32,000 nucleotides of DNA from Pegethrix bostrychoides GSE-TBD4-15B (GCA_019359155.1 JAHHHV010000073.1:89982-121981), one strand, 5' to 3'. Positions 17,942 to 27,481 are shown, counted from the stretch's first letter. Numbers and translations are program-made. Notes: generated from the sequence alone by a model not told the origin.

Positions 17942-18568
17942 CTATCTGCCAGCCCTCAACACTTGTTCAGATGTCAGCTTTAAACCTGGGAAAGTTGAGG
18001 AAACAAAAGTCTGATTGCCTCGAAACTGCTGAATTTCGTACTCTGCATCTACTAGCGTGCAGATAGAGAGGGTGGGTTGTTTGGGCTTCCCAATCTGTCG
18101 AGTACCCCCCAATCCTGCGTAGTCTACAATCCAATATTCGGAAATGCCTAACGCTGCGTAGTCTTCAAGCTTACGCGCATAATCATTTTGCCAGTTGCTA
18201 CTCACGACTTCCGCCACAAATTTGATCGAAGTGCCTACAGTCAAGATCGACTGGTCATACCAAAGCGGCTCTTTGGCCAGTTCACCTTGATCGACCACTG
18301 CGATATCAGGACGAAATGCCGTCATGCCAGGGTCAGAAGGGCGTAGCAATCCACGCTGAAGGACAAACCAAGGTAACCCTGCTGCGTCGATTTGGACACA
18401 GATCTTCATCGTTATGAAGGCTGCAACCTCTTCATGCAAGCCTGTTGGTTCCAAGTCAAACACCTCTCCGTCAATCAGTTCGTAGCGGTTGTCACCACCA
18501 TAATGAGCAAGAAACTGATCAACGCTAAGTGGCTTCTGCTGAATTGCTTGATCGACTGCAATGGCCAT
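17942..18568 (-). CDS. Uma2 family (DUF820) endonuclease
   Basis: 208 aa. YELIDGEV...EP and the later D/E-K type core (PDIAVV...FVAEVVS) are typical of the abundant cyanobacterial Uma2 family. Confidence 0.8.
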   Translation of the reverse strand: MAIAVDQAIQQKPLSVDQFLAHYGGDNRYELIDGEVFDLEPTGLHEEVAAFITMKICVQIDAAGLPWFVLQRGLLRPSDPGMTAFRPDIAVVDQGELAKEPLWYDQSILTVGTSIKFVAEVVSSNWQNDYARKLEDYAALGISEYWIVDYAGLGGTRQIGKPKQPTLSICTLVDAEYEIQQFRGNQTFVSSTFPGLKLTSEQVLRAGR

Positions 18569-18641
18569 AGGTCAACTTAGCCCAATCTAATCTCTTCAGT
18601 TTACGGGATCGAAAATGTGATGAGGTGGGGAGCAAATTTCT

Positions 18642-18854
18642 CTACAGCCCCAGCCAGCTCCAGAACGATTCGCCCGTTACCAGCTCCAAAATCAGCAGCG
18701 CCACAAAGCCAATCATCGCAAACCGCCCGTTGATCAGCTCGGCATAGCTCGTCCAGCCAAAAGCGGGCTGCGGTTCAAGCTGCGGTTCAGCCGCCGCGTT
18801 CGATTCAGTTGGGTCAGGAGAGTTCTGGGTCATGGAGTTTGAGCGATGCGCCAA
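18642..18854 (-). CDS. hli: high-light-inducible protein (CAB/ELIP/HLIP family)
   Basis: 70 aa with one TM helix carrying the chlorophyll-binding motif [20 protein letters not shown]. Confidence 0.9.
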   Translation of the reverse strand: MAHRSNSMTQNSPDPTESNAAAEPQLEPQPAFGWTSYAELINGRFAMIGFVALLILELVTGESFWSWLGL

Positions 18855-18865
18855 GTAGCTTGCAG

Positions 18866-20461
18866 TCAGATTTTAGCCCGCACCAGCAGCCATGTCTCCG
18901 CCTCGCCAATAATTTGTGCTGGCAAAACGCCTAGCTCTACCGCCGTCGGGCGATCAATCAGCAGCGGTTCGCCCTTGCGCCAGGAGCGGCGGAGCTGTTT
19001 GCTGGAAGCAGGCATCACCTGGCGCTGGCTGTAAAAATTCAGCGAAGGGCGGTTGTACGGATAGGACGTATAGAGCTTGGCCTCTGAAACCTGCTGCACC
19101 AGAGCCGCCACCGGACGCACCGGATAGCTTTCGGCCAGCTCCCAAGCCCAGTGCGGTGAGAACATCAGCAGCAGCATTGCCAAAAAAGTGCCCCAGCCCA
19201 GCACCACGATAAACTGCGGATTTTGCCGCGCCGCCAGCCCTGCTGCCGCCATCAGCGTCGCGCCCGCAACCATCAAAATCGGCCAGAGATTCGCTTCTGC
19301 CGGAGTCGCCCAGCCCATAAAGTAAGCCGCGCCTGCCCAGCCGCCCAGCCCCAGCAGCCCCAGCGCCCCAATCCAGATCCGCGAGTAGGGCTTGGCCGGA
19401 TGCGTCACAATGCCCACCTGTCGTCCCTGCTGCCAGAGTTCGGCCAGATGCGCTCCCAGCAGCAGCGCCAGCGCCGGAAACAGCGGCAAAATGTACCAGG
19501 GCAGCTTGGTCGCCATTAGCGAAATTGCCCCAAAGTAGCCTGCCGCCCAAACCAGCCCCAGCTTCGCCCAGCTCAGATTGCGGTGACTCCAAGCCAGCTT
19601 TAGCGCTCCCGGCAACCACAAAACCCAGGGCGCACCATACTTCAGCAGTTCCAGCAGGTAATACCAGAGCGGCGCGCCGTTCTCCTCCACGTCTGTCCAA
19701 ACCCGCGCTAGCGACTGCTCCACCAGGTTGTTGCCTAAAAAATCCGTGCCGTAATGCAGCCACTGCGCCCCGTACCAGCCTGCTACCGGCACCAGCCCTA
19801 GCCCCAGCCCCAGCCAAAGATAGGGCTGTCGAAGCAAGCGCGGCGTATCCCATGCCAAAAACGCCAGCGCAATCCCACCCAGCAATAGCCCCACCAAAAT
19901 GCCTTTCGTCAGGCAGAGTAGCCCAAACGCCCCGCCCACGCCCAGCAGCCAGCGGTAGTCGCGTCGAGACCGCAGCAGCGCCCAGAACAGCAGCAGCAGA
20001 AAGCAGAGAATTGCGCCGTCCAGCATCGCAAACCGGCCATTGCGGATCACGGGCAGACTCGTCAGGTAAACCAGCGTCGCAAAAATGGCGGGCAAGCGCT
20101 GATGAAACAGCTCGCGGCTGAGGCGATAGAGCAGCGGCACAGAAGCCAGCGTCAGGCCAGCGCTTGGCAGTCGCGCCGTCCATTCGTGAACGCCAGCCAG
20201 TCCGTAGAGCATCGCAATCAGGCCATGCAGCAGCGGCGGCTTGTTAAAGTAAGGCTCACCCCAGAGCGTCGGAAATAGCCAGGTAAAGCTACCCGCCGGA
20301 GCCTGATAGATTTCGCGCGCCACCTGCGCCACCAGCCCTTCGTCCCAGTCTTTGAGCGGCAAGCCTAGATTCACCGTCAGCAGCAGCAGGGCCGCAGCAG
20401 TAAACCCCAGAGTCCAGAGTTGATCGATGCGCTGAGCAGAAAACGGCTTGGAATAGGTCAC
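18866..20461 (-). CDS. glycosyltransferase family 39 (ArnT/PMT-like) membrane protein
   Basis: 531 aa and polytopic. An early-loop DEG motif ([16 protein letters not shown]) and FNKPPL are typical of GT-C ArnT-like enzymes. Confidence 0.75.
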   Translation of the reverse strand: MTYSKPFSAQRIDQLWTLGFTAAALLLLTVNLGLPLKDWDEGLVAQVAREIYQAPAGSFTWLFPTLWGEPYFNKPPLLHGLIAMLYGLAGVHEWTARLPSAGLTLASVPLLYRLSRELFHQRLPAIFATLVYLTSLPVIRNGRFAMLDGAILCFLLLLFWALLRSRRDYRWLLGVGGAFGLLCLTKGILVGLLLGGIALAFLAWDTPRLLRQPYLWLGLGLGLVPVAGWYGAQWLHYGTDFLGNNLVEQSLARVWTDVEENGAPLWYYLLELLKYGAPWVLWLPGALKLAWSHRNLSWAKLGLVWAAGYFGAISLMATKLPWYILPLFPALALLLGAHLAELWQQGRQVGIVTHPAKPYSRIWIGALGLLGLGGWAGAAYFMGWATPAEANLWPILMVAGATLMAAAGLAARQNPQFIVVLGWGTFLAMLLLMFSPHWAWELAESYPVRPVAALVQQVSEAKLYTSYPYNRPSLNFYSQRQVMPASSKQLRRSWRKGEPLLIDRPTAVELGVLPAQIIGEAETWLLVRAKI

Positions 20462-20530
20462 AGCTCTTCCTGGGATTGAGCGAGGGTGGCATGATAAGGA
20501 GGATCTTTTCGCATTGGGTGATTTCTGGCA

Positions 20531-21169
20531 ATGATAGAGGCAGGTTTAACTCCCAGTCTGGTCGTTCCAGATCAGGTTCCAATTCCCAGCTCGACGCCGA
20601 TCAAGCTGGGGCTTCTGGCTTCTGGCAGCGGTAGCAACGTTGAGGTAATCGCCAAAGCGATCCAGGCAGGCCAGCTCAACGCCCAAATCCAGGTGGTGAT
20701 CTACAATAACCCAACTGCCAAGGTGGCTGAACGCGCCGAGCGGCTAGGACTGGCCAAAGTGCTGCTGAACCACCGCGAGTTTGCCAGCCGAGAAGCGCTG
20801 GATCAGGCGATTGTCAAGACGCTCGCAACCCATCAGGCTGACTGGGTGATCATGGCAGGCTGGATGCGGATTGTCACCCAGGAGCTCATTGACGCTTTTC
20901 CGCGCCGGATTTTGAACATTCACCCTAGCTTATTACCCAGCTTTCCGGGAGCCAATGCCGTTGAGCAAGCCTTGCAGTCTGGCGTGAAAATTACGGGCTG
21001 TACGGTGCATTATGTGGAGCTAGCCGTAGACAGCGGCCCAATTATTATTCAGGCGGCAGTGCCGGTGCTGCCCGACGACACGCCCGCAACTCTGCATCAG
21101 CGAATTCAGGTGCAGGAACACCGCATTTTTCCGCTGGCGATTGCTTTGGCTGCCCAACGGCTTAGCTGA
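20531..21169 (+). CDS. purN: phosphoribosylglycinamide formyltransferase
   Basis: LLASGSGSN, MAGWMRIV and NIHPSLLPSFPG motifs at the expected size. The start codon is uncertain. Confidence 0.9.
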   Translation: MIEAGLTPSLVVPDQVPIPSSTPIKLGLLASGSGSNVEVIAKAIQAGQLNAQIQVVIYNNPTAKVAERAERLGLAKVLLNHREFASREALDQAIVKTLATHQADWVIMAGWMRIVTQELIDAFPRRILNIHPSLLPSFPGANAVEQALQSGVKITGCTVHYVELAVDSGPIIIQAAVPVLPDDTPATLHQRIQVQEHRIFPLAIALAAQRLS

Positions 21170-21240
21170 GCGGCGGCAGATTAACTTAGCATCTCAGTAA
21201 GGGGATTTGACCCGTCCGCTCCAGCGTGTTGTTGTTATGC
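21152..21240 (-). repeat. attC-like imperfect palindrome overlapping the purN stop codon
   Basis: Plus strand: GCCCAAC GGCTTAGCTGAGCGGCGG ... CCGTCCGCTCCAGC GTGTTGTT GTTATGC. It belongs to the same sequence family as 4805-4880, with extra bases again on the plus-strand 3' arm. Confidence 0.5.
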
Positions 21241-21440
21241 AGCTTAACCCACGCTTGAGACGTAGCTTTATTGTGACTGAGCATACTTCTGAGCCTTAAA
21301 CCCCCTCCAGATAAGCTGTTCAGGCGTTCACGGACGCCATCATTCTGACATTTTCTCACTTTAGACCGCAAAGCAGTTGACAATGTCAGAGTCATGGATT
21401 AACGTTGAGGTATTAAAAACTCCGATAAGCGGAGGTTGCC

Positions 21441-22073
21441 ATGCCAGATGGGGATATTATCCATAGCAGATTGAGACGACTTTATCAAAAACCGTACAAG
21501 TGGCTTTGCGAAGGCACTGCAACCAGTGATGAATGTGCGCGGGCGCTGTTAGAGAAGCTCAAACAAGACATTCAAGCTAAAGGTGATCTCCCCATTGTTC
21601 TCTCACAAGCAATGGCAGATAGCGTTGCACAAATAAGTAACCATCTTGAAGAAGCTAGAGAAGGTGACTTTGCCAGACTCAGTATGGAATTCGAGGTTCT
21701 AGCTCAGAAAGCGGATGGGCGTCCGGATTTGAAAGAACTGACTTTACGGGCAGGCAAAGGCTTGCTCAACGATCTTAGAAATGGGCGAGAAGTAGATATG
21801 ACTCATCTTTCAGAGGCTATTTATGGGCGGTATATTCATGAGGTTTATGAATCAGAATTTAAAGAACGAATTCCATTGACCTCAGAACATCATGCAGGTG
21901 TTATTCAAAGAACCCTCGAAAGACGAATTGAAGCCATGCAATCAAGTGTAGATTCTGGGATTCAAAAATTTGCTCAAAATGCTATCAGGAATCAAAGTGT
22001 AGCCAAACTATCTCTGCCCCGACGCCCTTCTCGAAAAGCAATTGATTTAAACGAAGACCTTCTGGCAGTTTAA
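21441..22073 (+). CDS. hypothetical protein (210 aa, predicted helical), first gene of the four-gene operon
   Basis: GGAGG lies 8 nt upstream of the ATG. AT-rich codon usage is shared with the next three genes. No motif recognised. Confidence 0.75.
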   Translation: MPDGDIIHSRLRRLYQKPYKWLCEGTATSDECARALLEKLKQDIQAKGDLPIVLSQAMADSVAQISNHLEEAREGDFARLSMEFEVLAQKADGRPDLKELTLRAGKGLLNDLRNGREVDMTHLSEAIYGRYIHEVYESEFKERIPLTSEHHAGVIQRTLERRIEAMQSSVDSGIQKFAQNAIRNQSVAKLSLPRRPSRKAIDLNEDLLAV

Positions 22074-22078
22074 GCAAA

Positions 22079-23508
22079 ATGAAAAGACAAGATGTACAAG
22101 ATTCTGAATTTACCTTGCTTTTCGAGCTGGTGATGAGTGGTGGTGGATCTGTTCGCCTACTTGATCATTCTAGAAATCGAGAAAGTAATGTGAAAGTTGC
22201 TGTAGACGATAGCGCATTTAATTATCGAGTACAAAAAGAATTTCCCTCCATAATTGCTGATCTCATTGATCTGGCTATTGCTATTCATGCAGCTGATCGC
22301 TTGACCTTTCAAAGCCTAAGACAGCATCAAGCTCGGATTCATGTTGTTCTTCCAGCTCGTCATCCAGAAATTCTAAATCAAACCCCTCTACAAGATAAGC
22401 TCTCTAATCTTCTAGAATGGGCGACCGGCAGCAGATGGGTGTTTGAATTTGCAAAAAGAGTCGATTTGGGACGTGCTGTTGAGCAACAGCCTCTACTTTC
22501 GTCTGCTGCTCCCTATGTAGATGAAGTAGCACTTTGGAGTGGTGGCCTTGATGCTCTAGCTGGACTTTACACTCGTCTTAAGGAAAACCCCGAAATATCT
22601 TTTTGCTATTTGGGACAGGAAGCAATGATAACGCCTACGCCCGTCAAGAGCAGGTCTTTCAAGCGCTTCAACCATCTTTTCCTAATCGGTTAAACCTATG
22701 CAGAGCACCAATCCGTTTTTCTGAGAGCAATTTGCATACGAAAAACAAAATTTCTCGCGCAAGGGGTATTGTGTTCACGTTACTTGGTTCAGCTTGTGCA
22801 TATCTGATGGGACGGCGGGTTTTACACTTATACGAGAATGGCATTGGTGCAATCAATCTTCCCTATCGAAAATCTGCTGTTGGTCTGGATCATTCTCGAT
22901 CAGTTCATCCTTTGACCCTTCTTGGGGTTAGCAATCTGATATCAGAGCTCATAGGAGAGGAATTTAGAGTTAGGAATCCCTTCCTTTTTTGGACAAAAGC
23001 TGAAATGTGCCAGCAATTGGCAGAAGATGCGAAGTATGAATTACCTTCTTTGACTATTTCATGTGATAGCCCACATCGTAAGCAGCCTATCCAATGTGGC
23101 TACTGCTCATCTTGTATATTAAGAAAACAAGCACTTGCAGCCTCACAAGTAAAAGACCAAACCCATTACATCGTGTCTCATGCTACTCGTCCAGTAGGTG
23201 ATATTAGGTTATATCTCCAGCATATGCTTGCGCAAGTTTCTACACTTAAGGGATTGCTGAAATATTCAGAAAATGCTGCTACCCAATGGGAGTCTTTGAC
23301 TAAGAGATTCCCTGAACTTGACGACATCGTAGATAGGACTCATAAAGTAGAAGGCTTAACATCTCTTGAAATGAGAAAATGCTTAATTCGGCTCTATCAA
23401 ACCTATGTTTCTGAATGGGATACTGTAGAATCCCAAATTTCAGGAGCTTTCTTGAATCAGGTAAGTATTCAGCAAGTATCGCAAGATTTCCAGCCTGCTA
23501 TCCAGTAA
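22079..23508 (+). CDS. QueC-like PP-loop ATPase with ~140-aa N-terminal extension, interrupted by a frameshift (track ORFs 22079-22693 and 22603-23508)
   Basis: PP-loop ALWSGGLDALAG in the first frame. The rest of the QueC fold is in the second frame (LFGTGSN, GIVFTLLGSACAY, NPFLFWTKAEM, C-terminal CGYCSSCILR Cys cluster). The frames overlap at 22582-22693, around a T5 run at 22600-22604. Confidence 0.8.
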
Positions 23509-23526
23509 GAGTGAAAGGGAAATGCT

Positions 23527-24720
23527 ATGGCTGTCAACATTCTTGACAATATTGATTTACAAAAATTGGGAGAGCTTCTACAACAAGCGCGGAAGAAGAG
23601 TGGGATGACCCAAGCTGATGCGGCTAAGGTCATCGACGCTGCACGAACTACCATTGTTGCCATTGAAAAGGGAGAGCGGCGTCTCAAGCCGAATGAGTTA
23701 ATCAAATTAGCTCGTGCTTACGGACGAGCTATCAGCGATTTCGTTCGCTCTACTCCTGTTACTGAGCCATTTGAGGTTCAGTTTCGCGCTGCTTATCAAC
23801 GAAATGAACAGGAAGAAGTACAAATAAGCCCAGTTATCCAGCGCTTTGAGGAACTGTGCCGCAACTACTTGGAGCTTGAGAAGATAATGGATGCTCCAAT
23901 TGCTCGTAACTATCCTCAGGAATATAGCGTGAGCAGTATGCCGTTAGAAGCGGCGGCGGAGAGCATTGCGATCTCAGAGCGTCAACGGCTTGGACTAGGA
24001 GATGGCCCAATCCCAATGCTTCGAGACATCTTGGAGCAAAGTGTAGGGATTAGGGTGTTCTACCTAAATATGCCAGCAAAATATTCAGAAATTTACAGCT
24101 ATGATGAACAGCTCGGTGGCTGTATAGCAATAAACCTGAGTCATTACGAAGAACGGCGGCGTTGGTCTATGGCTCATGGCTATCTCCATTTTCTTGCGCA
24201 TAGACGAAAGCCCGTTGTAGATTTTGAGGGACAATACAAAAGAATTCCAGAGAGTGAGCGATTAGCCGAAGCTTTTCCCAAGTATTTTCTAATGCCCACA
24301 AGTGGCTTGCTGAGTCGATTTAACGATATGTATCGAACTCATGGTAAGTTTACTCCAACTAATTTGTTTACTCTTGCTCATTATTATGGGGTGTCTATAG
24401 AAGCCCTTGTTTATCGGTTAGAAGATATGGAACTTCTTCCGTCAGGAACTTGGGATCGTCTGCGTGATCGAGGATTAAAGGTTAGAAAAGTACAGCAAGA
24501 ACTAGGTTTAGAAGAGATCGAGCATCGGGCTGACATACTCCCTATCCACTATCAACACCTTGCTATTGAAGCTTTGGAGCAAGGGCTTATCACTGAAGGA
24601 CGCTTTGCAGATTTCCTTGGTGTTGATCGGTTAGAAGCTCGACGTATAGCAGAAACATTATGTGAACATTCCAGCGGGATGCTGGAAGAATCTGCTTATC
24701 TAGATTTGCGTCAGGCGTAA
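23527..24720 (+). CDS. XRE-HTH / ImmA-IrrE (COG2856) metallopeptidase-domain fusion protein
   Basis: N-terminal HTH (SGMTQADAAKVIDAARTTIVAIEKGER). The central motif AHGYLHFLAH aligns to the ImmA AHELGHxxxH. The C-terminal LAHYYGVSIEALVYRLEDMELL is typical of the family. Confidence 0.85.
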   Translation: MAVNILDNIDLQKLGELLQQARKKSGMTQADAAKVIDAARTTIVAIEKGERRLKPNELIKLARAYGRAISDFVRSTPVTEPFEVQFRAAYQRNEQEEVQISPVIQRFEELCRNYLELEKIMDAPIARNYPQEYSVSSMPLEAAAESIAISERQRLGLGDGPIPMLRDILEQSVGIRVFYLNMPAKYSEIYSYDEQLGGCIAINLSHYEERRRWSMAHGYLHFLAHRRKPVVDFEGQYKRIPESERLAEAFPKYFLMPTSGLLSRFNDMYRTHGKFTPTNLFTLAHYYGVSIEALVYRLEDMELLPSGTWDRLRDRGLKVRKVQQELGLEEIEHRADILPIHYQHLAIEALEQGLITEGRFADFLGVDRLEARRIAETLCEHSSGMLEESAYLDLRQA

Positions 24721-24738
24721 GAGATTGGGAGACGAATT

Positions 24739-25290
24739 ATGGAAATCAAACACTCCCATGTAGTTCTTGATGCCTGTTGTGTCTTGAACTTTTGTGCTTC
24801 TGAGCACTTGATCGAGATTATACAGTGCTTACCAGCTCAAGTTGTAGTTACTGAAGTCGTTAGAGAAAGAGAATTGCTGACTCTCCAACGCTTAGCAGAC
24901 GAGAGTAACGAGGATACAAATCAATTTGAAGCAGCTATGGAAAAGGGGCTACTTGCAGTTATAGATTTTAATTCTGAGAGTGAGGAAGAAACCTTTGTAA
25001 ACTATGTTTTTGAGTTGGGAGATGATGGTGAATCAGCAACCTGTGCAATTGCGGTTCACCGAGAGTGGGCGATTGCTACCGATGATAAGAAAGCAACTTC
25101 TTTTTTCCAACGGGAAGCACCCAACCTGCAAATTCTATCAACTTTAGCAATAATCAAGCATTGGTCAGAGGCAGCGAATGTTTCCTCTGCTACTTTACGA
25201 TCTGTGCTTACCGCTATACAAATGAGAGGACGCTACATCCCACACCGCCACCATCCTTTACTAGGTTGGTGGGAAGATATGATGCGATGA
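24739..25290 (+). CDS. PIN-like domain nuclease
   Basis: 183 aa. Acidic residues sit at PIN-typical positions: VVLDACCVLNF (strand 1), VVTEVVRE, and AIATDDKKA. Confidence 0.65.
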   Translation: MEIKHSHVVLDACCVLNFCASEHLIEIIQCLPAQVVVTEVVRERELLTLQRLADESNEDTNQFEAAMEKGLLAVIDFNSESEEETFVNYVFELGDDGESATCAIAVHREWAIATDDKKATSFFQREAPNLQILSTLAIIKHWSEAANVSSATLRSVLTAIQMRGRYIPHRHHPLLGWWEDMMR

Positions 25291-25377
25291 ACTCGAAACC
25301 GCAAGGAAGTTCATCTGGGCATCTGTCAGTAGCTTGCGTGGCTGTATAACAATAAACTAGGGCTACAGCAACCGGGG

Positions 25378-26223
25378 CTACAGCCGCGAACGGTCGGTCA
25401 AAATCTCGTAGCCATCTTCCGTGACCAGCACCGTATGCTCAAACTGCGCCGACAGCGCTCGATCCACCGTCACGACCGTCCAACGATCCGATAGCGTCCG
25501 GGTCAGCCGACTGCCTGCATTCAAAATTGGCTCAATTGCCAGTGTCATCCCGGCTTTGAGGCGCACGTTTGGCAGTTCGTGGGTGCGGAAGTTGAACACG
25601 GCGGGTTCTTCGTGCAGATTGCGCCCCACGCCATGCCCGGTAAACTCTTCGACGATTTTAAAGCCGTTCGCCTCGGTGTGATCCTGGACAGCGGCGGCAA
25701 TATCCAGCAGCATTCGGCCTGCCTTCACCTGCTCGATGCCTTTGTAGAGGGCCTCCTCCGCTACCCGCATCAGCTTTGCCGCTGCTAGAGTCACCTCGCC
25801 CACCGCAATCGTGATGCAGGAATCGCCGTGGAACCCTTCGTAGTAGGCTCCTGTATCCACCTTCAACAGGTCGCCGCGCCGAATCACCTTTTTGCGGCTA
25901 GGGATGCCATGCACCACTTCGTCGTTGAGGCTGGCGCAGATCGAAGCCGGAAAGCCGTGGTAGTTTTTGAAGCTCGGCGTGGCGCCCATCTCCCGAATCC
26001 GCTGTTCGGCCAGCGCATCTAGATCCGCCGTCGTCATTCCCGGCTGCACCTGCTCTGAGATTTCCTTTAAAACAGTGGCGACAATCCTAGAGGCATGTCG
26101 CATAATTTCTAGCTCTGGCGGCGACTTCAGCTCAATGCCGCGCTTACGGCTAATGCGGGGCGGCTGATGGGGCAGCAGTTTCGTCAAAATGTTCATACAG
26201 AAGCCGGTAGCTGTAGCTTTCAT
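25378..26223 (-). CDS. map: type I methionine aminopeptidase
   Basis: [52 protein letters not shown] and [16 protein letters not shown] metal-ligand motifs. The start may be the internal MNIL (26196). Confidence 0.95.
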   Translation of the reverse strand: MKATATGFCMNILTKLLPHQPPRISRKRGIELKSPPELEIMRHASRIVATVLKEISEQVQPGMTTADLDALAEQRIREMGATPSFKNYHGFPASICASLNDEVVHGIPSRKKVIRRGDLLKVDTGAYYEGFHGDSCITIAVGEVTLAAAKLMRVAEEALYKGIEQVKAGRMLLDIAAAVQDHTEANGFKIVEEFTGHGVGRNLHEEPAVFNFRTHELPNVRLKAGMTLAIEPILNAGSRLTRTLSDRWTVVTVDRALSAQFEHTVLVTEDGYEILTDRSRL

Positions 26224-26262
26224 ATCCTAGCAAGTTCCCCAGCCGCAGAGTTGGAGGTTTAT

Positions 26263-26302
26263 CACTGTGGCTGGCACTGTGGCTGGCACTATGGCTGGCT
26301 GG
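26263..26302. repeat. 12-bp tandem repeat CACTGTGGCTGG x3.3
   Basis: Read directly. Lies just upstream of map. Confidence 0.8.
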
Positions 26303-26496
26303 CCGGATGCGGACGCTCCTCCGGACGCTTGGCATTAGGCCACTCCACCAGATCAGATCCCTTTTTTCCAGGGCGGCAAAGGTAGCTGGAGAAACTTCTG
26401 CTCTAGATTAGCCAGGTAGGCAATTGGGGAACGACGGAACTGCCGTTGTTGATTGCGCTGATGCTGGAGATGATCAAGCTCAGCCCGCACCGACTG

Positions 26497-26853
26497 CTAA
26501 TCACCAATAGAAACTGTTGCTAAATCTAAAGCCGTGAAGGCATGCAGTTGAGTAGCAATCCCTGCCACAATTTGCACTGCACCTCGCACCACCAAGGAAG
26601 CCGGAGCCACTTTACGCCCCGTACAACGCCGTTGGTGATGTCGCCACCGTCCAAACAACTGCTCCAAGTCATTGTTGGTTCTAGGTAAGCCCTCCAGCTC
26701 ATAACAATGAAACAATCCTGGTGCATAACTGCGAGTCACTTTGAGAAAATGGTCAAGGCCAGAGGCTAAATGGCCTGCTTGGGCTTTGTCTTGTGCCTTC
26801 GTTGTCTTGAGAGAAAATCTGAAAGCATTGGGAACTGGTTCGGCTCTGCTCAA
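26497..26853 (-). pseudogene. transposase-like C-terminal fragment (IS remnant)
   Basis: 118-aa ORF containing LPRTNNDLEQLFGRWRHHQRR. This resembles the TNNxxE...R segment that follows the catalytic E in several DDE transposase families. There is no N-terminal catalytic part and no inverted repeats were identified. Confidence 0.35.
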
Positions 26854-27004
26854 ATATTACTTTTACAAAAACGAAGTAATCAGCCTTTCAAAAATCCTCT
26901 GGTGAAAATGAATCAGCCCTGCCCCGCACTGGGGATAGCTTTAATTCTAGTAACCAAGCAGCATGTTAGATTGACTGGATAAGCACGATGAGGTCTTGTA
27001 ACCG

Positions 27005-27211
27005 ATGACTTTTAGTGATGTGGTCGAGAGTATAAAAAGTCTTTCCACAGATGAAAAACGTGAGATTCAACTGTTGGTGCAACAATATCTTCGCGAGGAG
27101 CGGCGTGACGAAATATATGCCAACTTCAAGTCAGCGCAAGTCGAACAGCAAAAAGGTGAACTGAAATTTTCCTCCAATATCAAGAGGCTGAGACAATTGA
27201 TGGAGGAGTGA
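27005..27211 (+). CDS. putative antitoxin (addiction-module component-like)
   Basis: 68 aa. Its stop lies 3 nt before the RelE/ParE-like toxin start. SLSTDEKREIQLLVQQYL resembles small helical antitoxins. Confidence 0.6.
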   Translation: MTFSDVVESIKSLSTDEKREIQLLVQQYLREERRDEIYANFKSAQVEQQKGELKFSSNIKRLRQLMEE

Positions 27212-27214
27212 TTT

Positions 27215-27481
27215 GTGGAAGTCAGTTTCAGTTCTCCATTCAAACGTGCTTTCAAAAAGCGTATTAAAGGCAACACAGAGCTAGAGGTAAGATTTGGGCA
27301 AAAATTGGAACAGTTCACTGTAGATCCATTTGATCCGAGCTTGAAGACACACAAACTATCGGGCAAGCTCAAGGATTTTTGGAGTTTTAGCGTAGATTAC
27401 GATGAGAGGGTGCTGTTCTACTTTCTGGAAGCTGAGAAAGCTGTGTTTGTGGATATCGACAGTCATGACGAGGTGTATTGA
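27215..27481 (+). CDS. RelE/ParE-superfamily type II toxin
   Basis: 88 aa, GTG start. FKRAFKKR...DPFDPSLKTHKLSGKLKDFWSFSVDYDERVLF...DIDSHDEVY matches the RelE/YafQ-type pattern. Confidence 0.8.
   Translation: MEVSFSSPFKRAFKKRIKGNTELEVRFGQKLEQFTVDPFDPSLKTHKLSGKLKDFWSFSVDYDERVLFYFLEAEKAVFVDIDSHDEVY

Noticed and set aside
18954-20183. 409-aa ORF on the minus strand in a second frame of the GT39 gene, plus several 60-200-aa ORFs on both strands (18916-19212, 19223-19519, 19525-20121)
   Set aside because: The composition is Ala/Gly/Arg-rich with no motifs, typical of shadow ORFs in GC-rich coding DNA. The 531-aa frame has the coherent membrane-protein sequence.
21186-21395. 69-aa minus-strand ORF between purN and the four-gene operon
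   Set aside because: It reads through the attC-like site and has no RBS or recognisable fold. The region more plausibly holds the operon promoter: TTGACA at 21377-21382 with a weak TAACGT 17 nt downstream.
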